From: Octopus vulgaris
Taxonomy: Eukaryota
DNA length: 64,000 nucleotides
Assembly: GCA_951406725.2 (NCBI GenBank)
Contig: OX597832.1
Location: 52,948,001 to 53,012,000 of the forward strand
Direction of reading: 5' to 3'
The notes under the pieces were generated by a model. It was not told the origin of the DNA. It worked only from the letters and a program-made list of their open reading frames with translations, and ran no database searches. Shown here in pieces: positions 11,843-25,431 of the stretch. Numbering within the stretch: the stretch's first letter is position 1; each line of letters starts with the position of its first letter. The translations under genes and the position numbers were made by a program.

Positions 11843-13709
11843 GTGAGTAAATATTTCAGAGATTATTATCATTGATTTCATTTTTAAAGCATTATTGTTA
11901 GTTCGTTAGTTCAGAAATTCTGTTAATTTTTTTTTGCTTATTCTCTCCTTATTGGGCAATCTCACTAATGCCAATGGCAGGAAGAAGAGCACTCACTACG
12001 CACCGTAAAGTGGTTGACATTAGGAAGGGCATCCAGCCTTAGAAGTCATGCCAAAGCTGACGCTGGAGCTCAATGTAGCCCTATGGCTCGCCAAATCCTG
12101 CCAAATCATTCAACCCATCTCAGCATGGAAAACAGTTGTTAAATGATGATGATAACAATGATGATGACAAAGATGATGATGATGAGGAGGAGGAGGATGG
12201 TGATGATTATATTGATGAGGATGAAGACGACAGGAGTTTAATATCTTTGGAGGGTCATTATGCCAATAATGTACACCAGCACTGGATTCTGTTTCACTTC
12301 TTTATTAATTGTCAATTGGTTAGCTGTTAAACCAATTAACTCATCAATCATCTGATTAATCATCATCATCATTTAACGTTCATTTTTCCACGATGGCATG
12401 GGTTGAATGGTTTAACTGAACACTGGTAAGCTGGAGAGCTGCACCAGTTACCAATCTGATCTGGCATGGTTTCCACAGCTGGATGCTCTTCCTAATGCCA
12501 ACCACTCCAAGAGTGTAGTGGATGCTTTTTACATGCCAGTTATATAACACCAACATTGGCCCTGACTATGATCTCAGTTGCCTTGATGAGTGTTTTTCTC
12601 AAGCACAGCATATTGCCAAAGGTCTTAGTCACTTATTACTGTCTCCACGAGGACCAATATTTGAATGGTGCTTTGTACATGGCACCGGTATGGGTGCCAG
12701 TTATGCGACACTGGCATTGACTACAACTATGATTTCACTTGGCTTGACAGACCCAAACAGTGCATTTTATGTGCCATTTATGCAACACTGACATCGACTA
12801 TGACTACGATTTCATTTGGTTTGACTGGTCGAATGGTGTTTTTTACGTGCCACTGGCACAGGTGCCACTTACATAACATTAGTATCAGCCATGACTATGA
12901 TTCCACTTGGCTTGACTGGTCTTCTCAAGCATGGCATATCACCAAATGTCTCAGTCACTTGTCATTGCCTCCCAATCAGTTATGGCGACGAGCTGGCAGA
13001 AACGGTAGCACATCAGGCAAAATGCCTAGTGGTATTTCGTCTGCCGTTACGTTCTGTGTTCAAATTCCACCGAGGTCGACTTTGCCTTTCATCCTTTCAG
13101 GGTCAATTAAATAAGTACCAGTTACACACTGGGCTTGATGTAATCAATCCCTTTGTCTGTCCTTGTTTGTCCCTTCTATGTTTAGCCCCTTGTGGGTAGT
13201 AAAGAAACACATATAATAAACGATTGTAAAGGCAGCGAGCTGGCAGAACTGTTAGCACTTCAGGCAAAATGCCTAGCGGTATTTCGTCTGCTGTTACGTT
13301 CTGTGCTCAAATTCCGCCGAGGTCGACTTTGCCTTTCATCCTTTTGGGGTCAATTAAATAAGTACCAGTTATACGCTGGGGTTGATGTAATCAATCCCTT
13401 TGTCTGTCCTTGTTTGTCCCCTCCATGTTTAGGCCCCTGTGTGCAATAAAGAAATAAATCAGTTATGTTTGTCAGGGGTCATTTTACCACCAATTGTGCT
13501 GATGAGGTGTACAGGTGGCTCCTCAAAGTATGAGTAAAAGTTAGTGGAGACAGAGGGACTAGCAGTATTTGGGTGGGGGGGGGATAAATGCAAAGAGAAT
13601 AGAAGGGGGCAAGAGATGGAGAAATGCACCAGCATCTAACCCCTATTTTATAATCTCAACAGCTTATACCTTGTTATATAATCTCTCACCACTTAATAAT
13701 ATAATAATA

Positions 13710-14080
13710 ATAATGAAATTATTGTATACAGTGCTCAGGTGCACCACAACTTGTCAGAAAGTGCATATAAAGTACATGCAGTAATGTAGAAATGTCTGGA
13801 AAGTGAACATGCTTGTGTGTGTATGGAGGGGAGAAAATCAAGTGTAGTGTTGGCGAATCTCAGGAAGCATGGAAGTCTTGAAGGATGCAGTGCTCCGACA
13901 ACTAACAACCGATGCCGGCAGTTTGTTCCACGCTTCAGCAACTCTCAGCGTGAAAAAATGTTTCCTGAAGTCATGGGAGCTGTGCTGTTTTCTTACTTTG
14001 TAAATATGTCCACGGGTGTTAGATGGGTGGAGTTTGAAGAGGTGCTCAGTGTTATTGTTTGTGCGATGGTTGATAATTTT
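13710..14080 (-). mobile_element. CR1/L2-group LINE 3' fragment; second copy at 37944-38297
   Basis: Minus translation FRKHFFTLRVAEAWNKLPASVVSCRSTASFK, resembling the CR1-type FF..RV...WN.LP..VV C-terminus. Confidence 0.78.
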
Positions 14081-14207
14081 TAATTTTATAATACCCGGTT
14101 ATGATTTTAATTCGCCTCTTTATTTCCCCCAACAAATAATATGATTATCTCCAATCATGGCTTATTTTTATTCAAAATATTTTATTTTATCCATTCTCCG
14201 TTTCAAG

Positions 14208-14279
14208 AGTGAAAACATTGAAAAAAGACGTATGGAAATATTAAATGAACTCACCGAAAAACAAAAAGCAGCAGAAGAG
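14208..14279 (+). CDS. AK9: AK9-like exon (SENIEKRRMEILNELTEKQKAAEE)
   Basis: tttcaag/gtattt, 72 nt, phase 0-0, charged coiled-coil-like peptide. Confidence 0.72.
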
Positions 14280-14565
14280 GTATTTACTTAATTATATTCT
14301 AATAATTAATTAATAATTTAAGGCAGTGAGCTGGCAGAATCGTTAAGCCGTTAGCATACTGGACAAAATGTTTAGTGGCATTTCAACCGTCTTTACGTTC
14401 TGAGTTCAAACTCCGCTGAAGTTGACTTTGCCTTCCATCCTTTCAGAATTGATAAAGTAAGTACCAGCTAAGTGCTGGGGTCGATGTAATCGACTTTCCC
14501 CTCCCCCTGAAATTGCTCGCCTAGTACCAAAGTTTGAAATCAATAATTAATTGATAGTTAAATTA

Positions 14566-15318
14566 TTGGGTTGTCCAGAAAGTTTGTGCCGATTTATAGT
14601 AGCTTACATTTTGACTTATTTTAGAAAATGGTTGAGTCCACAAAATAGGATTTGACTACACCTCCATTTAGAGCCCAGTTTAAGCTATCTTTTCGTGGAA
14701 GAAAGTTTATGTTCCTATAACTTGTGTTAATTCTGTAACCCTTTAAAATGGAAGATAAGAAAGTTCATTTTCGGCACTTCATGCTTTTCTTTTTCCGTAA
14801 AGGGAAAAATGCCTCACAAGCAACCAAAGAAATATGCACAGTTTATGGTGAGGTTTCTTTATCCGAAAGAACTGTACAAAAGTTGTTCACAAGGTTCTGA
14901 GATGGAGATTGTAGGCTTATTGATAAAGAGCGATCAGGCAGACCATCCACTACAGATGATGACCCAATCAAGTCATTAATTGAGAACAACCCACACTGCA
15001 CAACCCAAGAATTGGCAGAAAGCCTCAACCTATCAAAATCTGTCATTCATGAGTACCTGGTAAAGCTTGGGTACATAAATCGCTATGATGTTTGGGTACC
15101 ACATGAGTTGAGTGAGAAGAACCTTTTGGATCGCATTTCCATCTGTGATTCGCTTTATAAACGGAATGAAAATGCACCTTTTTTAAAGTAAATTGTGACA
15201 GGTGATGAGAAATGGATTATCTACCGAAATGTTCAGAGAAAGTGATCTTAGAGTAAGCGACATGAGCCACCCTTAGCCACCCCAAAAACAGGTCTTCACC
15301 TTTAAAAAATCTTGCTTT
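14566..15318 (+). mobile_element. Mariner transposon remnant: left TIR and transposase pseudogene 5' half
   Basis: TA + ttgggttgtccagaaagt TIR; ATG at 14748, MEDKKVHFRH...RSGRP...WVPHEL...IVTGDEKWI with stops. Confidence 0.9.
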
Positions 15319-15411
15319 GGAGGAGGAGGAGGAGGAGGAGGACAATGATGATGATGTGGTAATGACTGATGATGATGATTACTACTACTGCTACTCTTGA
15401 TGCTGCTGCTG

Positions 15412-15456
<45 letters not shown>

Positions 15457-15565
15457 TTACTACCTTAGGAAAGAATTACAGTTGTAATGATGTAATGATG
15501 TAATTTTTCCTTCTTGTAACTAAGCTGCATTTTTATTTTTTGTAAAATTTTCATATCATTTAAAG

Positions 15566-15631
15566 GAAGGAAAAGAAGAGGATCCTGACGAAGAAATGGA
15601 CATTGAATCAACACTGTTGGAAGAATTTCCG
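15566..15631 (+). CDS. AK9: AK9-like exon (EGKEEDPDEEMDIESTLLEEFP)
   Basis: taaag/gtaatt, 66 nt, phase 0-0. Confidence 0.75.
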
Positions 15632-15777
15632 GTAATTATAAGTTATGTCTTCAACTTAAGCTTGACAATAGATTTTAGAACATTGAGTAAGTTTCTCAAT
15701 AAACTTTGGAAACATATTGTGGTGTTTTACAATTTAGAAATAAAAAAGTGAGTATTTTTTTTGGCCATTTATAATCC

Positions 15778-15985
15778 TATTTTACTTTATAGAACTGGGT
15801 TAATCCTCTGACCACCTTTTAGAACTGAGATAATCCTCAGTTCCTTTTATAGAATTGGAATAATCCTCAGTCTATTTTATTGAAGTGAGATAATCCTCAG
15901 TTCATTTTATAGAACTGGGATAATCCTCTGCCAATTTTATGGAACTGGGATAATCTCCTCTTCATTTTATAGAACTGGGATACTA
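15778..15985. repeat. 30-bp minisatellite (ttttatagaactgggataatcctcag-like), about 7 copies
   Basis: Visible tandem periodicity. Confidence 0.8.
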
Positions 15986-16113
15986 TAATGTATAGAATCC
16001 TGTTTTAAATAAAGTTTTACAAAGAATATTTATTGAAAGATAGTCTTTGAATAGTTTTCTCTTTTGATATAATTTCTTCGTAAAACTACGTACCTATGGA
16101 TTCTGTCTTGCAG

Positions 16114-16230
16114 TTGCCTGAAGATGACAGAAGGGATGAATTTGAAACTGAAGATGATGCCAGAGCTAGATTTTCTAAAGATATTTCAACGTTATATGAG
16201 GCAGAAAATTCAGAAATAGAAAAAGTTCGG
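16114..16230 (+). CDS. AK9: AK9-like exon (LPEDDRRDEFETEDDARARFSKDISTLYEAENSEIEKVR)
   Basis: ttgcag/gttagt, 117 nt, phase 0-0. Confidence 0.85.
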
Positions 16231-16441
16231 GTTAGTTACTATGATTTTCCTTTGCTTTTTTTCTTTACAACATCAAGGGGTAATAACAGATGTAGACAAA
16301 AGCAAGAGAAGGTGATGTTCAATAAGAGACAAACACTCTCATTCCTATATACACACTCACACACACACACATAAATCCCGTCTTCTATCACCACCCCTTG
16401 TTTGATGTAAATCACTGTCTTTCAGACCTTTTTATTAATTA

Positions 16442-17455
16442 CTAGCATTATGACCCGGCAACGACGGGTCATAGTGCTAGTGCATGTATATATGTGTATA
16501 TATAAGTGTACATATTACATGTACATCTATATATATACATCTACACATAAAATACAAAATACAAAGTTATATCTTGATATCGCCAGTGATAACAATACTC
16601 AAAATATATAACAGACTGGAATTGTTAGCCCGTCTCTTACAATTTCGATCAATTGGATCTTGTCCTCCCTCATGTTTAGAAGTGTGGCTACAATCCAGCC
16701 TACCTCAACTTCTGGGGGGGGGGGGGGAGACATTTTAAATTTTTATCCGGTACATCCTACGTCCCAGATATAAAGGTAAAAATAAAATATTTCCACTTTG
16801 CAAGTTCGAGTCGAGTACTCCCTTGCACGTTCCGTTGACTTGAACGTTGCTTCTATTGTGGCGAATTTACCGCCTCTGGTTAGATATCTTTCATAGTTGC
16901 ACCAAGACACTTTTCGAAGGTGCTTTCCTCCAGGTGTTCAAATCTTTTTTTTTCTACATTGTATACTTTATAGACAATAGTCTTTTCTTTAATTTAATTT
17001 TTTATTATCCAACTGGACTATTCCATTTCTGCACGCTAATTTTATTTTTAACTTATTCCCATTCATGTGAAACCACTTATTCAAGTTCAAATCATTGATG
17101 CAATTTTATACCAATTGCTATTTTTACTTTTGTTATGTTACGATTATATTATACTTTAGTTTGATTTTAATTATTACTTACTACATATAATTCAATTGTT
17201 ATTATTTTTATTGTTAAAGTAAAAGTATCTGACATAAAATAATACGTAATACTGAAATAGTGGAGAAGATATGATATTGCTATGGGCTCGTTCTAGGCAA
17301 GAAGTTGAACATTTTTTTTTTGCCCATGAAACTACATGGACCCTAAGTAAGGCATGTGTAAAATTTGAATGAAATTGGTTGTGTAGTTCTCAAGTTTTAG
17401 GGAAACATACAGACAGACAGACAGACACACATTCTCAGTTTTATATATAGAGAGA
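16442..17455 (-). mobile_element. Non-autonomous Helitron with the same termini as 43601-43964
   Basis: Minus strand starts A^TCTCTCTATATATAA and ends at the actagcattatgacccg...cgggtcatagtgctagt palindrome. Confidence 0.72.
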
Positions 17456-17489
17456 TTCTCTAATGATTCTCCCAGCTCATCGCCTTAGA

Positions 17490-17543
<54 letters not shown>

Positions 17544-18095
17544 CCTGATGCAGTACCAGGCATTGGCTCTCATGGCTTCTGATCTTAACTGATTGGAAGT
17601 GTTATCATGTACATTGTTTTGTCTTGGTATAAAAGATGGGCTACAGCAAATATTCTGCTCAATACCACAGATTTGCTTGTCAGTTGTTTGACCTTAACCA
17701 GTTGAGCATGTCCCTTAGTGGCTGACGATATGTGCATCTCTGATCACGAGCAGAAGTAGTGGGGGAGCATCATAGCCATGTGTTGAGAGGGATTCTTTGG
17801 GGTTTGAATAATTCACCTCTGGAAACATGGGTGGTTCTTTCAACATCCTTAAACAACCCTTGTTCAGGGACCTTTTGAGCAGGATGGGCTACTCAACCTG
17901 AAGAAAATTCTAACTGGGCCCCACCTGCAAGGTCATGTGCAGTTTATCTTGATATGAGATCACCATGTCGCGCACATATGGTTGTGATGCATGTGCCTGG
18001 TGTACCCTTATCAGACGGGTAGTCATGATGGGTATATTGGGCTTCGTATATTTTACCCCAGTGTCACTTTGATGGCATGAACTGCTCTCTCACTC
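17544..18095 (+). mobile_element. About 550-bp non-coding interspersed element embedded in (TAA)n
   Basis: Second full copy at 40626-41180 (-), partial at about 44401-44570; both full copies flanked by (AAT)n. Confidence 0.8.
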
Positions 18096-18135
18096 AATAA
18101 TAATAATAATAATAATAATCATGATAATAATAATA

Positions 18136-18173
<38 letters not shown>

Positions 18174-18201
18174 AATCATGATAATAATAATAATAATCAT
18201 G

Positions 18202-18236
<35 letters not shown>

Positions 18237-18264
18237 CATGATAATAATAATAATAATAATCATG

Positions 18265-18303
<39 letters not shown>

Positions 18304-18407
18304 GTAATAATAATAATCATGATAATAATAATAATAATCATGATAATAATAGTAATAATAATAATAATAATAATCATGATAATAATAATAATAATAATAA
18401 TAATAAT
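18096..18407. repeat. Compound (AAT)n/(GAT)n microsatellite with periodic atcatg interruptions
   Basis: Direct reading. Confidence 0.95.
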
Positions 18408-18699
18408 ATTTTTGGGTGGGGGTTATTAATGTGCTTGATTCAGTTATAAAGACTATAAAATGTCTCCTTGTTGCCCTGCCACCAATTTTTGCTTTTGTCC
18501 CATCTCCCAACCATCAATGTTTTATTCTTTGTTTATATACCATTAAAAATTTTGCTGTAACTTTTGTGATTGATGTTATTTTTGTTTGTTGATGTTTTAC
18601 TTAAATGGTGGTCAATCACAGTTTTGTTCTTCTTTCACATCCACAAATTCAAACAGTTTGTTAATAGCATTGTACATCATTGTCTTATTCTTTTATATT

Positions 18700-19425
18700 T
18701 AACAAACAAGTCAGTAGCAGGGGAGGGTGCACTGAATGTGTAGCTGCTAGAATAAGAATAGCCTGGGCAAAGTTCAGAGAGCTCTTACCTCTGCTGGTGA
18801 CAAAGGGCTTCTTGCTCAAAGTAAAAGATGGACTGTATGACACATGTGTATGAACAGCCATGCTACATGGCGAGAATGGATGAGGATAGCTGTGTGAAAA
18901 AGTGCCACACCCTAGTGGTTGAGGGAACCTGTAGAAGACCTGTTGAGGCAAGTGAAATCAAAATCAAAATCAAATTAGATGACTGGCTTCCGTGCTAGTG
19001 GAGTGCTAAGAGCACTATCCAAGCGGGATCGTTACCAGAGCAGCTTACTGGCACTTGTGCTGGTGGCACATAAAAAGCACCATTCGAGCATGATCATTAC
19101 CAGCGTTGCCTTACTGGCACTTTTGCTGGTGGCACGTGAGAAAACATTCGAGTGAGATCGTTGCCAGTGCCGCTGGACTGGCTCCTGTGCAGGTGGCAAG
19201 TAAAAAACACCATTTGAGCGCTGCCGTTGCCAGTACTGCCAGACTGGCCCTCATGCCGGTGTCACATAAAAGCACCCACTACACTCTCAGAGTGGTTGGC
19301 ATTAGGAAGTGCATCCAGCTGTAGAAACTCTGCCAGATCAGATTGGAGCCTGGTGCATTCCTCAGTCAAATCGTCCAACCCATGCTAGCATGGAAAGTGA
19401 ACGTTAAACGATGACGACGATGAAG
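18700..19425 (+). mobile_element. Internally deleted RTE fragment with 3'UTR tandem modules and tail
   Basis: IRIAWAKFRELLPLLVTKG-like coding remnant, then gcac-gtaaaaagcacc modules and ...gttaaacgatga tail. Confidence 0.7.
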
Positions 19426-20041
19426 CCACTGCCGCTGCCTACGAAACATCTTTACTTATGTGTTTCAAAATATCATCTCCCTTAAAATAACTGCTACCAG
19501 GACTCCACTTGTTCTAATTTGTCTTTGAATGCAAACAGATGGCAATAGCCAAGACATTATGTGTCTGAAAAATTCTCTCTATCAACATATAATGAAGGAC
19601 AAACAACTATGGTATATCTTCTTTAAGCTATATATAAAAATATCAACTAGGAACAGGAGTGTATTGGTGTAGTATTTATTTCATTTTGTTCTGTTATACA
19701 CTGTGAGGGCAAATGCAATCAGCCATCTAAAGACTCTGACCAGAAGTCCCGCCTAACTGGAAATCCCTTCACTGCAGACCAGCTCACTAGCTAGCCTGCA
19801 GGGAAGTTCCTGACTACAGTTTGTCTGTTATCAATTCTTGGGTAGTGGCCTACAATGGTTTAGCAGCTGAAATATATTATCTACATCTGGAATGATGCCA
19901 CCAACATGAACTTTTGAAATGTGTTTGTAGTCAAGACTATTATAGTAATTTCATTTATGAACTTTTTTCACAAGTTAGAAATTCTCTGAAAGATATCTGC
20001 GATACATATTTTGTTCTAAAAGATTTTCTGTATAATTGCAG

Positions 20042-20260
20042 ATTGGTTTGGAGGATCAGCTAATTCCAACCATTATTATCGATGCCAATCAAAGACAGCA
20101 TATTGTAAATTATATTTTGATGCGATCCTTGAAACCCTATGTTACATATCGACAGAGTCTGTTTGAAAGAGTGTATCCCGTGAATGAATCAACAGCAAAG
20201 TCTCTTCTCCACTCAGGATATAAGCTGCTAAGTCATTTGGGATATTGGTGTCCTGTTATG
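20042..20260 (+). CDS. AK9: AK9-like exon (IGLEDQLIPTIIIDAN...SLFERVYPV...SHLGYWCPVM)
   Basis: ttgcag/gtaatt, 219 nt, phase 0-0; WCPV motif. Confidence 0.9.
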
Positions 20261-20460
20261 GTAATTCTCACCCTCATGTCACTTGCATATTAATTGTTCT
20301 TTATGTACGGACATCTAGTATCATGTAATTGTTTCTGATGTGTTTATGAAACTACTGATATTTTTCATTTTGCAGCAATTTACATTTTATTTGATAATCA
20401 TTGCCATTTTAATGTCCAGTTCACCATACTTTCATTGGTCAGACAGAATTTGTTCAAGTA

Positions 20461-20770
20461 GTGGAGGCACATGGCCTACTGGTTAGAGCAGTGGACTCGC
20501 GGTCGAGGGATCGCTGGTTCGAATCTCAGACCGGGTGATGTGTGTGTGTTTATGAGCAAAACGCCTAAACTCCATGCGGCTCCGGCAGAAGGTAATGGCA
20601 AACTTCTGCTGACTCTTTCGCCACAACTTTCTCTCACCCTTTCCTCCTGCATCTTGCAGCTCACCTGCGACGGACCGGCGTCCCGTCCAAGTGCGAAACC
20701 TATACGCCAGGGAAACCGGGAAACCAGCCCTTATGAGCCAGGCATGGCTCGAGAAGGAACAAACAACAAC
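20461..20770 (+). mobile_element. tRNA-derived SINE, related head, different 3' end with (AAC)n tail
   Basis: ggttcgaatc B box; TSD aatttgttcaagta at 20447-20460 and 20771-20784. Confidence 0.85.
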
Positions 20771-21977
20771 AATTTGTTCAAGTAGATTTTCTGTGACTGG
20801 ATACCCTTCCTGTTGCCAACCCTTCCTTGATTCCAAGCAAAGTATTTTTTACCTCTGGCCAAATATATTTGCATGAAAGATTGAAAACAAACAACATTAC
20901 TTGTATGATGGTGATCCTCATTTATAACCATCGTGTAAGATCATGTGAAGGTCTGGCTCTCCATCAGTTACGATGACAAGCGTTCCAGTTGATACAATCA
21001 ACGGAAACAGCCTGCTCATGAAATTAACATGCAAGTGGCTGAACGTACCACAGACGCATGTAGCCTTAACATAGTTCTCGGGGAAATTCAGTATGACACA
21101 GAGTGTGACAAGGTTGGCCCTTTGAATTACAGGTACAACTCGTTTTTGCCAGTTGAGTGGACTGGAGCAAACATGAAGTGAAGTGTCTTGCTCAAGGACA
21201 CAGCTCTTCACCAGGAATTGAACTTACAACCTTTTCTATTGTGAGCTGTATTTCTTAAGCACTAAGCCACACACACACACACACACACACACATGCACAC
21301 ACACACATGCACACACACACACACACACACACGCGCGCGCGCGCACACACATGCATATGCATATATGGCTTTCAGTTTCTATCTACTAAATCTACTCACA
21401 AGGTGTCAAGCAGTGAGACTGAACCCAAAGCCATGTGATTGAGAAGTGACTATCTTAACCACAGAGCCACGTCTGCGTCTTAAATTCTGAACTCAGGAGT
21501 TCAGAGTTCAAGTCATATCGAGCCTCTTACTTCTTCTGGGTCCAATAACATAAAAGGGACATATCAAGGTAAGTGGTCTAGCTTGAGAGGGAAATCGATC
21601 ACGTTTACCTGTCATCAGCTTGCTTTGCAAACATGGTTTTGGCATCAGTCTCAGTGCATGGCATCATGGGCAAAATGACCTGTGGATGGAAACTGTGTGG
21701 AAGCCCATATATATGTGTGTGTGTGTATGTATTATATGTTCCAAAAACTATATACAAGTACAAACAAATGGGAAAGACACACATGGAATGTCACTAAATC
21801 CTCTTCAGTTATTGTCCAAAGGATCATAGCAATTCCATGCCTTCATCCTTTGGACGATAACTGAAGAGGATTTTGCATTCTATGTGTGTATTTTCCATTT
21901 GTTCTGTTTGTTTGTACTTGTATGTATATCTTTGAACATATTCAAAGTAACACCACACACTTTCTTATTTTATATAT

Positions 21978-22407
21978 AGGCGCAGGAGTGGCTGTGTCGT
22001 AAGTAGCTTGCTTACCAACCACATGGTTCCGGGTTCATTCCCACTGCGTAGCATCTTGGGCAAGTGTCTTCTACTATAGCCTCGGGCCGACCAAAGCCTT
22101 GTGAGTGGATTTGGTAGACAGAAACTGAAAGAAGCCTGTCGTATATATGTATGTGTATGTGTGTGTGTGTATGTATGTATGTGTGTGTATATGTTTGTGT
22201 GTCTGTGTTTGTCCCCCCTAACATCGCTTGACAACCAATGGTGGTGTGTTTACATCCCCGTAACTTAGCTGTTCAGCAAAAGAGACCGATAGAACAAGTA
22301 CTAGGCTTACAAAGAATAAGTCCTGGGGTTGATTTGATCGACTAAAGGCAGTGCTCCAGCATGGCCACAGTCAAATGACTGAAACAAGTAAAAGAGAGTA
22401 AAAGAGA
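21978..22407 (+). mobile_element. tRNA-derived CORE-type SINE with internal (TA/TG)n; many copies (2935-3340, 24450-24830, 34988-36615 split, 44822-45232, 48462-48853, 51590-52060, 60083-60515)
   Basis: tRNA-like head, cttgggcaagt CORE-like motif, conserved 3' half ending in (gtaaaaga)n. Confidence 0.85.
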
Positions 22408-24884
22408 ATAATGTGTGTGTGTGTGTGTGTGTATGTGTAAGAGAATTTTTTCTCCATAGTATTTGCTTTGAATTTGTCTTTTAGAAGTTGAAATTTGTCA
22501 AAAGCATAAATTAACTATTCTGAAGTTCACTTAAGTGTAAACACCGCTTGGGGCTGATACTACTTAATTTCTTCCAACCTGGCAATCTAATTGTGCATTT
22601 TAGTCAAAGTTGTTGACTGTATTTTAGTTAAAGCTATGTCTTTGATTAGGTCTGTCCAGAGTTACCTCTCCAGTGTTTCACATTGATAATGGCTAAAGAG
22701 CTAGAAACACAGCATCTGGAAATCTGACAGGGAGCAACACTGAACAGATGTGCTTTTGCACTTTTTGCCATAAGAGAGAATTTGTTCTCTGTGGTAACTA
22801 CAGTGAATTTGCCTTTAAAAATTGAAATATGTCACAAATATATTTTAACTAACCTAAAGTTCACACACCCACCCCACCCACTGCTTGACAACCAGTGTTA
22901 GTTTGTTTACATCCCCATAACTTAGCTCAGTAAAAGAGAATGATAGAATAAGTGCCAAACTTTAAAAAAATAATTACTGGAGTCAATTTATTCAACTAAA
23001 ACACCTTCAAGGTGGTGCCCCAGCATGGCCACAGACCAATGGCTGAAACAAGTAAACAATAAAAGATATAAATGAATTTTAACATTTTAATCCAAGATAT
23101 GAGGCAGCTAGCTAGCAGAATTGTTTGCCCACTAAACACAATATATAGTGAAATTTTGCCCAGCTTTCAGGTTCTGGGTTCAAATTCCACAGAGGTCGAG
23201 TTTGCCTTTCATTCTTTCGGGGGTCAATAAAATAAGTACAAGGTGAGCACTGGGGCCGATGTAACCTATTTCTTTACTACCCACAAGGGGCTAAATACAG
23301 AGATGACAAACAAGGACAGACAAACGGATTAAGTCGATTACATCGATCCCAGTGCGTAACTGGTACTTAATTTATCGACCCCGAAAGGATGAAAGGCAAA
23401 GTCGACCTCGGTGGAATTTGAACTCAGAACGTAACGGCAGACGAAATACGGCCACGCATTTCGCCCGGCGTGCTAACGTTTCTGCCAGCTCGCCGATGTA
23501 ACCAACTTATTCCCTCCCCCAACCTTGCTGGCCTAGTGCCAAAATCTGAAATCAATATGAAGGTGCCAAGCTGGCAGAATATTTAGCAGATCGAACAAAA
23601 TGCTTAGCGGCATTTTGTCTGTTTTTACGTTGTGAGTTCAAATTCCACCGAGAAAATGACTGTGCCTTTCATCCTTTCGGGGTCGATTAAATAAGTACCA
23701 GTTACGCACTGGGGTCAATGTGATTAACTTAATCCCTGTGCCTAGTGCCAAAATTTGAAATCATTATGAAGGCAGCGAGCTGGCAGAATCATTAGCTTAG
23801 CGGCATGCTGTCCATCTTTATGTTCAGAGTTCAAATTCCACTGAGGTCAACTTTGCCTTTCATCTTTTTTGGGGTCAATAAGATAACTACCTATTTCTTT
23901 ACTACCCACAAGGGGCTAAACATCATTATCATCATCATCATCATTTAGCGTCCATTTTCCATGCTAGCATGGGTTGGACGGTTCAACTGGGGTCTGTTAA
24001 GCCGCAAGACTTCATCAAGCCCAGTCAGATCTGGCAGTGTTTCTACGGCTGGATGCCCTTCCTAACGCCAAAAACACAGAGAGGAAAACAAGGACAGACA
24101 CACGAATTAAGTCGATTACATCGACGCCAGTGCGTAACTGGTACTTAATTTATCGACCCCGAAAGGATGAAAGGCAAAGTCAACCTCGGCGGAATTTGAA
24201 CTCAGAACGTAACGGCAGATGAAATACGGCTACGCATTTCGCCCGGCGTGCTAACGTTTCTGCCAGCTCGCCACCTTAGGGCGTCGATAAGATAACTACC
24301 ATTTGAGCGCTGGGGCCGATGTAATCAACTTTTCCCCTCCCCCCAGCTTGCTGGCCTTGTGCCAAAATTCGAAACCAGTATTTTTGTCTAAAATACTATT
24401 TATTGAATGAAAAGCAATTAAAAGACTTAATTGAAATAAGAGTGGCTATAGATGCAGGAGTGACCGTGTGGTAAGAAGCTTGCTTCCCAGCCAGATTCAG
24501 TCCCACTGCATGGCACCTTGGGCAAGTGTCATCTACTATAGCCTCAGGCCGACCAAAGCCTTGTGATGGAAACTGAAAGAAGCCCGTTGTATATGTATAT
24601 GTGTATGTATGTGTCTTTGTGTGTGTGTTTGTCCCCCACCATTGCTTGACAACTGATATTGGTGTGTTTACGTCCCCATAACTTAGTAGTTCGTCAAAAG
24701 AGACCGATAGAATGGGTACCAGGCTTACAAAGAATAAGTCAAGGGGTCGATTTCTTTGACTTAGAGGTGGTGCTCCAGCATGACCCCAGTCAAATGACTG
24801 AAACATGTAAAAAACAAAAGAATGTAAGAAAAGTTATACTTAATTATATTGTTGCTAATAATTATTTTTTGATTTAATTTCAAG

Positions 24885-25098
24885 CTCAAAGAAGGTAATT
24901 CCATGCTACCTTACCATGGACCAAACCAAAAAAGAGTGGCCTGTATATATCGTCAGTATATCTACTTCTTGAGCTCAGTCCAAGCACGGGAGGAATTTAG
25001 TAAGAACCCATTGTATTACTTAGAAGGTTTATCACCTAAACTTGTAGTTCCAGTCAAGCTCAGCATCATCGGACCACCAAAGTCTGGAAAAACTTATT
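24885..25098 (+). CDS. AK9: AK9-like exon ending in second P-loop GPPKSGKT
   Basis: ttcaag/gtaagt, 214 nt, phase 0-1; LKEGNSML...IYRQYIYFLSS...KLSIIGPPKSGKTY. Confidence 0.92.
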
Positions 25099-25383
25099 GT
25101 AAGTTTGAATGTTCAGTCTTTATAACTTTAACCCCTTGCAGACGGATTTATTACTGACAGTCTGTGTTGTGCACCGGTATTAGGCCGTTCAGTAACTACG
25201 TAATTTTTCATACATGGAATTTTACAGTGTATTTAGAGATTTTTCACAGCGTGGTATACTTGAAAACGCAGTGCCGCGCAGAGCGAGACATCGCACCACC
25301 GCACACGCACAGTGTTTCGATGCGGTTGGTACTACTTCCTATCTGCAAGGAGTTAACATTTATTGCTATTTCCATAATCATTT

Positions 25384-25384
<1 letters not shown>

Positions 25385-25431
<47 letters not shown>

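Noticed and set aside
12136-12330. Acidic ORF as an extra AK9 exon
   Set aside because: (GAT/GAG)n tail of a retroelement; no splice sites needed, the frame is already continuous
18090-18510. Poly-I/poly-Y/poly-M ORFs; likewise IYIY and THTH ORFs across the window
   Set aside because: Translations of microsatellites
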